A stretch of 64,000 bases of DNA from Sulfurovum sp. (GTDB lineage Bacteria; Campylobacterota; Campylobacteria; Campylobacterales; Sulfurovaceae), in NCBI GenBank assembly GCA_027049035.1, contig JALTVI010000093.1, forward strand, positions 52,197 through 116,196, in the 5' to 3' direction. Of this stretch, positions 41,441-49,860 are shown one piece after another; positions within the stretch are counted from its first letter, which is position 1; each line of letters begins with the position of its first letter. Position numbers and translations under genes: made by a program. A model generated the notes under the pieces. The model was not told the DNA's origin. It did not search any database and saw only the letters and a program-made list of their open reading frames with translations.

Positions 41441-41616
41441 CTTTAAATCCTCCGTATCTGTTAAATTTTGTATCGCGATTGTACAACATTTTTTTAACAA
41501 TGTCAATAACATTTAGTCGATTTGACTAAAACTTTCTTCAAATTTTTGTACAGCTTTTTTTGAAAAGACGGTTTTTTGTGCTATAATTGCAGCATTCAAG
41601 ACCTCTGAATGACCTC

Positions 41617-41780
41617 GGTTTCACTCGATAACTCTGGCAGGTGCAAATGTGAGAAGCGTAAACAAAAGCAAACTGCTTTGCTTTTGTAGCTTCGGAACCG
41701 TAGCGGTCGTAACAAAGTGTAGCCGCGAAGGTTAAACGCCCTACGGGTTGAGTGCACCTTTGTCGTCATCGAGTGAAACC
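41617..41780 (+). repeat. Structured TIR element, long copy (between the groES upstream region and the glutaredoxin-like gene)
   Basis: The TIR is GGTTTCACTCGAT / ATCGAGTGAAACC. It has the same core as the other two copies and the same internal module as the 27680 copy. Confidence 0.8.
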
Positions 41781-41835
41781 TTGATGCTAAACTATTCAGT
41801 AGGTGTACATTTTCAGTATGCAGGAGTCTACAAAA

Positions 41836-42075
41836 ATGGAAAAGAAACAGAAGAAAATAGTGCTTTTTACCTCTCCGGGCTGCAAATGGTGTACCGTAGC
41901 CAAGGAGTATTTCAAAAAGAACGGTCTGAAGTTCAAACAGATCGACATCAGCAAAGACACCAAAGCAGCGCAGGATTGTGCCAGACACGGTTGCCGCGGG
42001 GTGCCCGTGGTACTGGTGGGCAGCCGCTGGATCTGCGGATTTGACCAGAAAGCGATAGAAAAAGCACTTGACTAA
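41836..42075 (+). CDS. Glutaredoxin-like protein (YruB/NrdH-like)
   Basis: CxxC motif in IVLFTSPGCKWC, plus GVPVVLVG. The ATG at 41836 lies 10 nt downstream of AGGAG. Confidence 0.8.
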   Translation: MEKKQKKIVLFTSPGCKWCTVAKEYFKKNGLKFKQIDISKDTKAAQDCARHGCRGVPVVLVGSRWICGFDQKAIEKALD

Positions 42076-42132
42076 GCGTTTTTAACCGCACTTTAAGAAA
42101 GAATGGACTAAAATCACGGCCTCCAAAGACAC

Positions 42133-42209
42133 GTCAAGGTAGCTCAGCTGGTTAGAGCGCTGGTCTCATAAGCCGGAGGTCGAGGGTTCAAGTCCCTCTC
42201 TTGACACCA
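42133..42209 (+). tRNA. tRNA with CAU anticodon (elongator Met or lysidine-type Ile2, not resolved). Serves as the integration target of the island.
   Basis: A hand-folded cloverleaf shows these parts:
- acceptor GTCAAGG / TCTTGAC
- D arm TAGCTCAGCTGGTTAGAGC
- anticodon loop CTCATAA
- T arm GAGGG-TTCAAGT-CCCTC
- encoded CCA. Confidence 0.85.
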
Positions 42210-42210
42210 C
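42184..42210 (+). repeat. attL-type direct repeat (3' part of the tRNA)
   Basis: Identical 27-mer to the one at 55081-55107. Confidence 0.85.
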
Positions 42211-42239
42211 CACAATCCCCTATATAGCGTCATTTCAGA

Positions 42240-43298
42240 CTATCCAATTTTTAAGTCTGCCAAAACTCTGCCAATTTTTGACATATCCGGTTTGATTTTT
42301 CCGGTGTAGTGCTCACGGTTTACCCCGTCATCTACATGACCCAACTGATCCAAGATCCAATCGTTTGGCATACCGTACTGCTTGAGTAGGGTATTGCATG
42401 ATCTTCGCAATGTTTGAAGCGTACCCTCTTTGATATGGCACTGTTTGCATAGTCTCTTGATCGATTCACTGATGTTGCTTGGTTTGACATAGGGCACACC
42501 CGTATGTGTGACAAAGACAAAATCATTTTTCAAACCGGTCAAACGCTGCTGCATCTTGAGTGCCTGCTTCGCCTGTGGCAGCATATCGATGATTCGGACA
42601 CGCTTGGACTTTGTAACATCCTCGATCCCCTCTCTAATACGTGTATCGACGGTAATCGTTTGGGCATTCCAGTCTATATCGTGCCATCGCAGTGCAATGA
42701 GTTCAGATCCTCTCAAGCCTGTAAAGAGCGTAAAGAGCAAAATATTTTTGAGTTGCCCGGAAGCATTCTCAATGAGCACTTTCATCTCTGATTGGTTAAA
42801 GATCTGTACTTCTCTGTATTGCTTTTTGGGTACCTTAACGAACTTGAGCGGATTTTTGTGGATGAGCTCATCACACAAAGCCATCTCTAAAATAGCATTC
42901 ATCGTTGCCCTGTAGTTCTTGATGGTCTTAGGCGCAAAGCCGCAATCATTTTGCCATTTGACAATATGGCTTGCCTTGATCTGCGTAAGATCCATATTGC
43001 CAAAGGTTTTGCAAAGCGTGTTGAAACGCTGGATCTCCTCTTTTTGTGAAAAGGTGTTTCGGTTGTTTTTGGTGATCTCGATGACCATCTCCCCATACTC
43101 TCTAAAAGTAATGAGCTCTTGGGTTACTTTGCCGAATTTCTTCTCATAGAGTTCCATAAATGCACTGTCTGCATGTTTTTGGTACCACTTGAGCAGTCTG
43201 TTGTCTGCTTTCTTGCCGGTGGTAAGTCTATGACGCTTACCGTTTACGGTATCGTCAAGGATGATAATGTTAAACTTATTAACGGTTACTCTTGCCAA
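42240..43298 (-). CDS. int: Tyrosine-type site-specific integrase
   Basis: 352 aa with a SAM-like N-terminal domain. Catalytic-domain motifs are GLRGSELIALRWHDID and a C-terminal LGH...REHY. It is adjacent to the tRNA. Confidence 0.9.
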   Translation of the reverse strand: MARVTVNKFNIIILDDTVNGKRHRLTTGKKADNRLLKWYQKHADSAFMELYEKKFGKVTQELITFREYGEMVIEITKNNRNTFSQKEEIQRFNTLCKTFGNMDLTQIKASHIVKWQNDCGFAPKTIKNYRATMNAILEMALCDELIHKNPLKFVKVPKKQYREVQIFNQSEMKVLIENASGQLKNILLFTLFTGLRGSELIALRWHDIDWNAQTITVDTRIREGIEDVTKSKRVRIIDMLPQAKQALKMQQRLTGLKNDFVFVTHTGVPYVKPSNISESIKRLCKQCHIKEGTLQTLRRSCNTLLKQYGMPNDWILDQLGHVDDGVNREHYTGKIKPDMSKIGRVLADLKIG

Positions 43299-43332
43299 CT
43301 TCGTTTCCTTCCGTCAGCTGTTGGCGTACACA

Positions 43333-43566
43333 TTATACAACCTTTCTCTTTACCAAATGAAGTGCTGAAACATGGATAAACCAGTTTTTCCCATGCTTTT
43401 CAAATAGCTCTGGCGGCAGGTTGTTGTAGCACCATTTTCTTAAACCGTCAATCGTTTTGTACCCGCACTCTTCCGCATATTGCTGAGATAGCGGTATCCA
43501 TGTGGGCAGGCTTCGGTGGATTTGTAAAATCTCATCCAGTTTTTGGTCAATTTTGTTTAGTAGCAT
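43333..43566 (-). CDS. Small hypothetical protein (possible DNA-binding or recombination-directionality factor)
   Basis: 77-aa ORF directly upstream of int on the same strand. I recognise no motif. Confidence 0.3.
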   Translation of the reverse strand: MLLNKIDQKLDEILQIHRSLPTWIPLSQQYAEECGYKTIDGLRKWCYNNLPPELFEKHGKNWFIHVSALHLVKRKVV

Positions 43567-43587
43567 AGGGGTGCCTCCTTTGTACTG

Positions 43588-43983
43588 TTATGATTTTTTG
43601 AATTGCATTAACGCTTTTGCATACTCCAGCAAAACAGATTGCTGCTTTTCGATGGTTTGTATCAAGGCTTCCACATCTTGAAAACCGTGTTCTCCTAACT
43701 TGGCAGACTGGTTATCTTGATTGGTGGTGAGCCACCACTTAAAAAGACCTCCAAGCCGTCCAAGGTCGGCTTTGGATTGCAAGAGGAGATCAACGGCAAA
43801 CTCATCCACTACAGCTCTAAGTGGATAATTTAATACCGCCTTACGGATAAAGGTACCTGTGCGATGTGGATGACCTGTCATTTTTGCTTTGAGACGGATT
43901 TTCTCTTTTTCCTCTTTGGTTACACGGATCATAATGTGTGCCTGGCGTTTTCTCACTTCTGATTTTTTACGCTTGGCATCCAT
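43588..43983 (-). CDS. MobC-like / RHH mobilization accessory protein
   Basis: N-terminal basic RHH-like segment (HIMIRVTKEEKEKIRLKAKMTG). A later segment (DLGRLGGLFKWWLTTNQ) resembles the MobC motif (GxNLNQ region). This is a memory-based similarity. Confidence 0.5.
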   Translation of the reverse strand: MDAKRKKSEVRKRQAHIMIRVTKEEKEKIRLKAKMTGHPHRTGTFIRKAVLNYPLRAVVDEFAVDLLLQSKADLGRLGGLFKWWLTTNQDNQSAKLGEHGFQDVEALIQTIEKQQSVLLEYAKALMQFKKS

Positions 43984-44731
43984 TGGCTATCCTTTGTTCT
44001 ATCACCTCAAATGCCGGTGAAAGGATCTTCTCCACATACGCTTCGCTCTCATCGTATATTTGGAGCAGGGTGCTAAATTGAGCGATACGACGGTTATCGT
44101 CATCATCAAAAGCATCATCCAGCATCTCTTCAAGTGCTCTCTTCTCTGCTTCATCAAATGCGATCTCGTAGATGCTTTTTCCGTTGCGTCTGCTTAGATC
44201 TACCACATCACTCTCCGTCAAGATAAGATACTCCGCCTTTGGAAATGCCCGGAAAAAGTCTCCATATTGAAATTGCAAACGCTTAGGGTTTCTTACCCTT
44301 GAGAGAGCAAAGATCACCGGCACATCAAAGCCCTTGATCATCTCATAGGTCTTTTCAGCGTTTTTCAAATCTTGGTATCCTCCGCTCATCGGAATAATAA
44401 AGAGATCGATCTTTCGATAAAGCCGTGTCTTTTTCAATCCCTCAATGATGATGGTGGTGGTTTTGTTACCGCCAACATCAATCACGATGTTTTTATCCTT
44501 GGGTACCAAGATTGTATCTTTCAATACTTCATCCACATCCGTACCGTCTCCGATCTCCACCTGGGATGATTTGATTTTGGAGTTTGAGAATGTTTCACTA
44601 TCTTTGTTCTCATCGTCAAACTCAATGAGCTGCACTTCCTGCTTTTTTGCAAGGAATGAAGCTGCTGCCACTTGAAATGCCACGGTGCTTTTTGATGCAC
44701 CTCCTTTTGTGTTTACTACTGTGATTGTCAT
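43967..44731 (-). CDS. parA: ParA-family partition ATPase
   Basis: Deviant Walker A motif in VVNTKGGASKST. About 254 aa. It overlaps its neighbours and so appears to be in an operon. Confidence 0.8.
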   Translation of the reverse strand: MTITVVNTKGGASKSTVAFQVAAASFLAKKQEVQLIEFDDENKDSETFSNSKIKSSQVEIGDGTDVDEVLKDTILVPKDKNIVIDVGGNKTTTIIIEGLKKTRLYRKIDLFIIPMSGGYQDLKNAEKTYEMIKGFDVPVIFALSRVRNPKRLQFQYGDFFRAFPKAEYLILTESDVVDLSRRNGKSIYEIAFDEAEKRALEEMLDDAFDDDDNRRIAQFSTLLQIYDESEAYVEKILSPAFEVIEQRIANGCQA

Positions 44732-45489
44732 TGTTTATCTTCCTTTTTTTGATGTAAGATAGGCAGTTGATCTGCTAAAGCATACGCATACAGTTTTTCC
44801 CATATCTCCATCGCACGGATCCCCTGAAAGGTCTCACCACTGATCCTGTCACAAAGAAGTCCTTTCCCTGTGATATAGATCTCTATTTTGCTATTGGTAT
44901 ACTGGTCTACCGAAGTGCCTATGGTGCTGTTCCTGTAGGTACCCCTCATATAGTTGATAAAACTGTTTTTAGATTTGAGAAAGCCGACTCTTTTAGAGAG
45001 AGAAGATATATTTATATCTTCTTGATGGTTTATATATGAGGGTTCAAGGTGTTCACCTGAGTGAACAGGGGTAGTGTTCACTTCGCATGATTTTTGTACT
45101 GTTTTAGCACTGTTCACAGAGTGAACACACTCTTTCTTCCTTTTTGCTTTTTGATATGCATTTTCAAACTCTTCAAGATACTTTTTGCGTTCTTTATTTT
45201 GAGAGAGTGCTACCGTTGCCAGCTTGGAAATATTGATCGTATAAAGTGTACTTGCATCACTACCGTTTTTTCTTTTTCTCTTTTTTCGGTCTATCATATT
45301 GATGCTCTCATATGCTTTAGCAATATAGGTGATATTGGTTTTCCCCATAGAGCACTTTTGTGAGAGTGTTGCCAAAGAAGGAAAGCATACCCCCTGATCA
45401 TTGGCGTTATCACATAATGCGAGCAGATAAACTTTTGATGAAGGTTTATAGGGTGTTTCAAATGCCAGTGTCATAAGCTTGATTGACAT
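44728..45489 (-). CDS. HTH-domain replication-initiator-like protein
   Basis: The N-terminal pattern (KVYLLALCDNANDQGVCFPSLATLSQKCSMGKTNI) is typical of HTH_36-type plasmid/phage replication proteins. Confidence 0.55.
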   Translation of the reverse strand: MSIKLMTLAFETPYKPSSKVYLLALCDNANDQGVCFPSLATLSQKCSMGKTNITYIAKAYESINMIDRKKRKRKNGSDASTLYTINISKLATVALSQNKERKKYLEEFENAYQKAKRKKECVHSVNSAKTVQKSCEVNTTPVHSGEHLEPSYINHQEDINISSLSKRVGFLKSKNSFINYMRGTYRNSTIGTSVDQYTNSKIEIYITGKGLLCDRISGETFQGIRAMEIWEKLYAYALADQLPILHQKKEDKQ

Positions 45490-45526
45490 TACTGTACCTC
45501 ATGTTTGGCTTGACGGATATTATTGG

Positions 45527-45694
45527 TCAGCCAGGTTTCGATCCATTCCCGTTTATAGACCACACATGTTTACCGGTTTTGGTATAGGTGATTTTTCTAT
45601 GCCTTCGTGCTTCAACCTGTGTATTCAAAGGGATTTTTGGAAAGCCTTCTGCTCTGCCTTCCGCCAGTTCTTTGGGATATATCCATTCACTCAT
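45527..45694 (-). pseudogene. Small excisionase/AlpA-like ORF, possibly frameshifted
   Basis: A hand-translated 55-aa ORF (MSEWIYPKELAEGRAEGFPK...) lies below the track's length cutoff. A second frame continues as VVYKREWIETWLTNNIRQAKHEVQ and stops at a TAATG overlapping the rep-like start. Confidence 0.25.
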
Positions 45695-45772
45695 TTTCGC
45701 TCCCATGCTTGATTTGTTGCAGTATAGAAAAATGCAAAAACGAATGTCAAATAGCCAAGTTTTATGAAAAAA

Positions 45773-45900
45773 GTGAGATGATCTAACGAAAGGGAAATAG
45801 AATTACCCAATGGGAAATTTGGTTTCCTTTTTTGTCTGTTTTGGTGAGTTGATCTAACGAAAAGGGTAATTTTATTTCCAGATTGGAAATTTGATTACCT
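45773..45900. repeat. Two imperfect direct repeats of about 55 bp (iteron-like), upstream of the rep-like operon
   Basis: The repeats are GTGAGATGATCTAACGAAAGGGAAATAGAATTACCCAATGGGAAATTTGGTTTCC (45773-45827) and GTGAGTTGATCTAACGAAAAGGGTAATTTTATTTCCAGATTGGAAATTTGATTACC (45845-45900). Confidence 0.6.
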
Positions 45901-46015
45901 CATGCAAAAAATGTGAAAAATGGTTGTTTTTTGTGTATTTGTGTAGTTTTGTTACATATTATGAGTCAATTGTTTGACTATATGCAAAGAAAGATAAATA
46001 AAAATTTAAATAGAC

Positions 46016-46948
46016 CTATGAATTGCCAATTTCTTTTATTAAATTGTAAACATGTATCTTCCCAATACCGGTTGAGCGTTTTTTACTTTTTACTGGAAAA
46101 TCATATAATGCGCCATAATTAGCATCTTCTCTACTATCTTCATTATTAACTAAAAAAACTGCACATCCAATTGCGTTGGGCTTTGTACCTATTGGAGCAA
46201 CTCTAAAACTTTTTCCTGTTTGAGCTATTTTTTCAAGTAGTTTCAAACTTTGATATGGATTATTTGCTGAGACATATTTTATTTCGGAAAAAGAATACCT
46301 AGGATCAAAAAATTTTAAATGGTTATTTATTGTTCTATTTTCCCAACCTGGTGAAAATCCTGGTAATGGAACAATAGGAATAAAGTTTTCGTAAATGACT
46401 TCCTCGGTTGAAAATATTTGACCTAACCTTTGTTTTTCAAAACCTAAGAAAACAACCAGTTCTACTTTTTCAAGTTCAGTATTTATTGTGAATCCTGGCA
46501 AAGGTGGAAATGGTTGGAGTTTATCGGATAAAGAGAATTCATCATGTGTTGTAATTGAACTGTTAAGAAACTGATACTCTGATGGTTCAACATACAGAAT
46601 TTGAATATTTTGTATAGTTTCCATTTTATTTGAGTCACTAAGAATATAAAGAATTTCTGCAAAACTCAATGTAGTTGCATCAATTATTATAGATGAATAT
46701 TTATATTTTTCCAGTAGTTCTTCCGTTAACTCATTTTTTTTGAATTTTTTTTCTTTGTCTTGAAAAGAAAAGTCCATTTCATCATATTTTAGATAAACTT
46801 TGTTTTTTATCTCTTGTTGATCAAAAAGGGATTCAACAAACCTTCCTCTATCGTCCAAAGCATAGTCTCCATGATACGCAACATAGTCGGTCTCAAATGA
46901 AACTTCATCTGGATTGTTATATGTTTCAATATTTTTAAATTTCCACAT
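46016..46948 (-). CDS. Hypothetical 310-aa protein, fourth gene of the AT-rich cassette
   Basis: The ATG at 46948 overlaps the upstream stop (TAATG). Possible Rossmann-like strand motifs are IIIDATTLS and VAPIGTKPNAIG. I recognise no family. Confidence 0.6.
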   Translation of the reverse strand: MWKFKNIETYNNPDEVSFETDYVAYHGDYALDDRGRFVESLFDQQEIKNKVYLKYDEMDFSFQDKEKKFKKNELTEELLEKYKYSSIIIDATTLSFAEILYILSDSNKMETIQNIQILYVEPSEYQFLNSSITTHDEFSLSDKLQPFPPLPGFTINTELEKVELVVFLGFEKQRLGQIFSTEEVIYENFIPIVPLPGFSPGWENRTINNHLKFFDPRYSFSEIKYVSANNPYQSLKLLEKIAQTGKSFRVAPIGTKPNAIGCAVFLVNNEDSREDANYGALYDFPVKSKKRSTGIGKIHVYNLIKEIGNS

Positions 46949-48945
46949 TAATAGTTTTCTCCAAACAAACCTAAGTCTCCCGCATCTTCTATTTTCCATT
47001 CTTTAACAAATTTCTTGTATAACTTGTCAAATTCTGCATCACTACTTAAAAAAAGAATTTTGATTTCTTCTGGACTAAAAACTATTTTATGTATCTTTCT
47101 CATACTAATCTTATAATAGGGAGCGAGAATAGGAGTTAACATAAATTCTTTTGTTACAATACTATCACTTGAGTCTTTTGTTGTTTCATCAAATTCTTGC
47201 AGTACATTCCAAAGCTTTGCTTCGTATAATAATGTATTAACCTTTTCATCAAGCGATTCTAATGCGTGTGTTTCAACAGAAAAATGTATATTCTCTGGTT
47301 TACTTTGAGTTTTTATTTTTTGCTTTAATGAGAAAACAATTCCTAGTCTATTTGCTATTTTTTGTAAGTCTTTACCGTAAGATCCCAGTTCCGAAATTGT
47401 ATCAAGCTCTTGTCTACTACAAAATTTAGCTGCTTTTGCTTGGAGTTCAATATTTACCTTTGGTATTTCTGCTTTTGCTTGAGTTGAGTTTTCAAACTCT
47501 ACAAATGATTGATAACATAATTCAAGTAAATGGCGTAAATTATTTCTGGACATTAAACAAAATCTCTCAAATCCTGCATATATTGGACATATTCTTTGAG
47601 GGAATGATATATAAATATATAATATTGAACCAACTAAAGTATTGGATATTTGTTCTTTATATGCTGATACAGCTTTAGATTTTACTCCTTTTTTGTATTC
47701 TTGAAATAATCTATATAATTCATCGGGTAATATACGAGACCTAAATAAAAGAGTTGCATTTACAACTGATGCATCAGGAAATTCTTCATCATAGAAATAT
47801 GAAGCTGGAAAATCACTACCTTTCGTTTTTAATGCAAGTTGTATATTTTTAATTAGCTTGTTCTTTAATGTTTTATCTGACATTATTAAATTAGCAATCT
47901 CTCTATAACTTAACGATGGAAATAACTCATTAGCAAATAAAATTATTCTATTTTTATACTCAGTTGATTTTCTATCTATAAGTTCCTTTTCTACTGATAT
48001 TCTATTTCTATCAATAATTTTATTTTCAGGGAAAAACTCTTGAATTTTCGATGCTATAATCTCAGCAGAGAGTAATTTGAAATCATCATCCGTTTTCGCA
48101 TATACATCATCAATTAAATCTATTATTCGATGATCATTTCTTCTTTGAGTATGTTCACTGCTTGTCGTTTCATCAGTTATATGAGCATGTTTTTTATATG
48201 CAATACTAAATATAAGAGGAGATTCTCCATGTTTCATCCATGTATTTATAATTTTTTGATGCTCTTCCCTTAAATTTTCAAATTCATCAATAAAAATATG
48301 AAAAGTTGTATCCTTAAAAAAATTATTATCTTTCCATATTTGGATTATATATTCTATTGTTGCTTTACCATCTAAATAAAAGTAAAAGTCATCTTTTGGA
48401 TTATGAAGCCAATTTTGCAACTTAAATAATAATCCTCTTATTTTTGTCCTCAATTCTACTAAACGAATTTCTTGATCAATTTTTAATTCTTCAGTAAAGT
48501 CTTTTGGTATCATAAAATCTTTTAATTTATTTTTCATGCTTATATCATCATAGTTTGACTCCAAGAATACATCAATAAGTTCTGAAAACTTCATTAATAG
48601 TGATAAGGCTACATATGTATTAAATACCGCATCCCATTTATTATCTAGATAAGACTCATTAATCAATTGAACAAAATGTGTATCTGGCTTCCAATATATA
48701 CCAATAGTATCAATATCATTTTTTACTAATTTAAGCCTTTTATTACTCAATTGCGTGTGATATGCATGATATTTAAGATACATTGTTTTTCCGGTACCTC
48801 TTCCACCAATAACTTTTACACCTTTAGTTTCATGTAATAAATTAAATTGAGCATAGTTTAATGGAAGAACATATTTTCCCCATAAATCATCAGGAAATTC
48901 TTCAGCTCTATTTTTCTTAAATATTTGAGATAGTCTTTGTTGCAT
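46948..48945 (-). CDS. 665-aa P-loop NTPase (AAA/ORC-Cdc6-like or STAND-like), third gene of the cassette
   Basis: Walker A motif VIGGRGTGKT and Walker B motif FHIFIDEFE. The large helical C-terminal region has no recognisable motif. Confidence 0.75.
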   Translation of the reverse strand: MQQRLSQIFKKNRAEEFPDDLWGKYVLPLNYAQFNLLHETKGVKVIGGRGTGKTMYLKYHAYHTQLSNKRLKLVKNDIDTIGIYWKPDTHFVQLINESYLDNKWDAVFNTYVALSLLMKFSELIDVFLESNYDDISMKNKLKDFMIPKDFTEELKIDQEIRLVELRTKIRGLLFKLQNWLHNPKDDFYFYLDGKATIEYIIQIWKDNNFFKDTTFHIFIDEFENLREEHQKIINTWMKHGESPLIFSIAYKKHAHITDETTSSEHTQRRNDHRIIDLIDDVYAKTDDDFKLLSAEIIASKIQEFFPENKIIDRNRISVEKELIDRKSTEYKNRIILFANELFPSLSYREIANLIMSDKTLKNKLIKNIQLALKTKGSDFPASYFYDEEFPDASVVNATLLFRSRILPDELYRLFQEYKKGVKSKAVSAYKEQISNTLVGSILYIYISFPQRICPIYAGFERFCLMSRNNLRHLLELCYQSFVEFENSTQAKAEIPKVNIELQAKAAKFCSRQELDTISELGSYGKDLQKIANRLGIVFSLKQKIKTQSKPENIHFSVETHALESLDEKVNTLLYEAKLWNVLQEFDETTKDSSDSIVTKEFMLTPILAPYYKISMRKIHKIVFSPEEIKILFLSSDAEFDKLYKKFVKEWKIEDAGDLGLFGENY

Positions 48946-48954
48946 TTTTTTCCT

Positions 48955-49860
48955 TTATCTTGGCACGAGATGATTCCAGGATTCGTCTGTATACCAAAGT
49001 ATTGGCAGTGTATTATTTGGAGTTGAAACTGAAAATAGATATGTTAAAGCGAGGTCACCTCTACCATACAATTCATTAGTTAATTTTGTTTTTTTATGTA
49101 TTAAGTCAATATACATAGCTTCAAGTTTTTCGAGATCAATACTTTCCACAATTTTTGGCATAAATTCCTTATTAAAAAAATTATATCGTTCATCTAGTAT
49201 TTCAACTGGGATTATTCTAACAGTGGGATATTTTTCATAGTTAAATGATTCTAAAGCGGTTTTAGTTGCCGATAGAGGGCAATAAAGTAAGATGAGCCCT
49301 TTAGTATCAGCATAAAATTTTTCTAAATATGTATTAAATTGTTCACCTGTTCCCATTATATCATCAAAAAGAACAACAATTTTACACAAAGATCTATCTA
49401 TCTCTGATAACTCTTCTGCTGAAACTTTTAATCTATTATGAAAACTTCCATGTCTTGCAAATTCTCTTAGAATTGTGCTACCACTTTTTCCTGTTTCTCT
49501 ATCTACATTTTCAACGGTAGAAAATCTTAAAGGTAATCCTGATCCTTTTACTAAGTTATTATGAAATTGATCAAGCGATGCAATTTCTAAAATTTCTAAC
49601 TTGTTTAGTTCTGTTGGTAAAATAATATCAACTATATATTGATACATAGAGAGCATAGATACATTATTCCTATATATTAGCCTATAAATAATAAGTGCTG
49701 ATAAAAATTTTTCATGATCTGTCTCAAAATTTCTTAACCATAATAAAAAGTCTTCTTCTTGTATGTCCCAAAAGTTGATTTTAATATATTTAATAGCACT
49801 TTCTTTCATATCGTCATAAAATTCTTTCCATTCTGAAGGCAGCTCAAACATCAATTTCAC
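48955..49860 (-). CDS. Phosphoribosyltransferase-like domain protein, second gene of the cassette
   Basis: The segment KIVVLFDDIMGTGEQF matches the PRPP-binding loop pattern of type I PRTases (hydrophobic strand, DD, then TG). The N-terminal 170 aa or so are unassigned. Confidence 0.6.
   Translation of the reverse strand: MKLMFELPSEWKEFYDDMKESAIKYIKINFWDIQEEDFLLWLRNFETDHEKFLSALIIYRLIYRNNVSMLSMYQYIVDIILPTELNKLEILEIASLDQFHNNLVKGSGLPLRFSTVENVDRETGKSGSTILREFARHGSFHNRLKVSAEELSEIDRSLCKIVVLFDDIMGTGEQFNTYLEKFYADTKGLILLYCPLSATKTALESFNYEKYPTVRIIPVEILDERYNFFNKEFMPKIVESIDLEKLEAMYIDLIHKKTKLTNELYGRGDLALTYLFSVSTPNNTLPILWYTDESWNHLVPR

Noticed and set aside
45479-45712. 77-aa plus-strand ORF
   Set aside because: It lies antisense to the more plausible small excisionase-like frame and overlaps the rep-like gene's start region. 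It has no motifs.
48955-49860. Retron hypothesis for the PRTase-like gene
   Set aside because: PRTase-like effectors occur in some retrons. However, no reverse transcriptase ORF and no obvious msr/msd inverted-repeat RNA lie in or next to the cassette.
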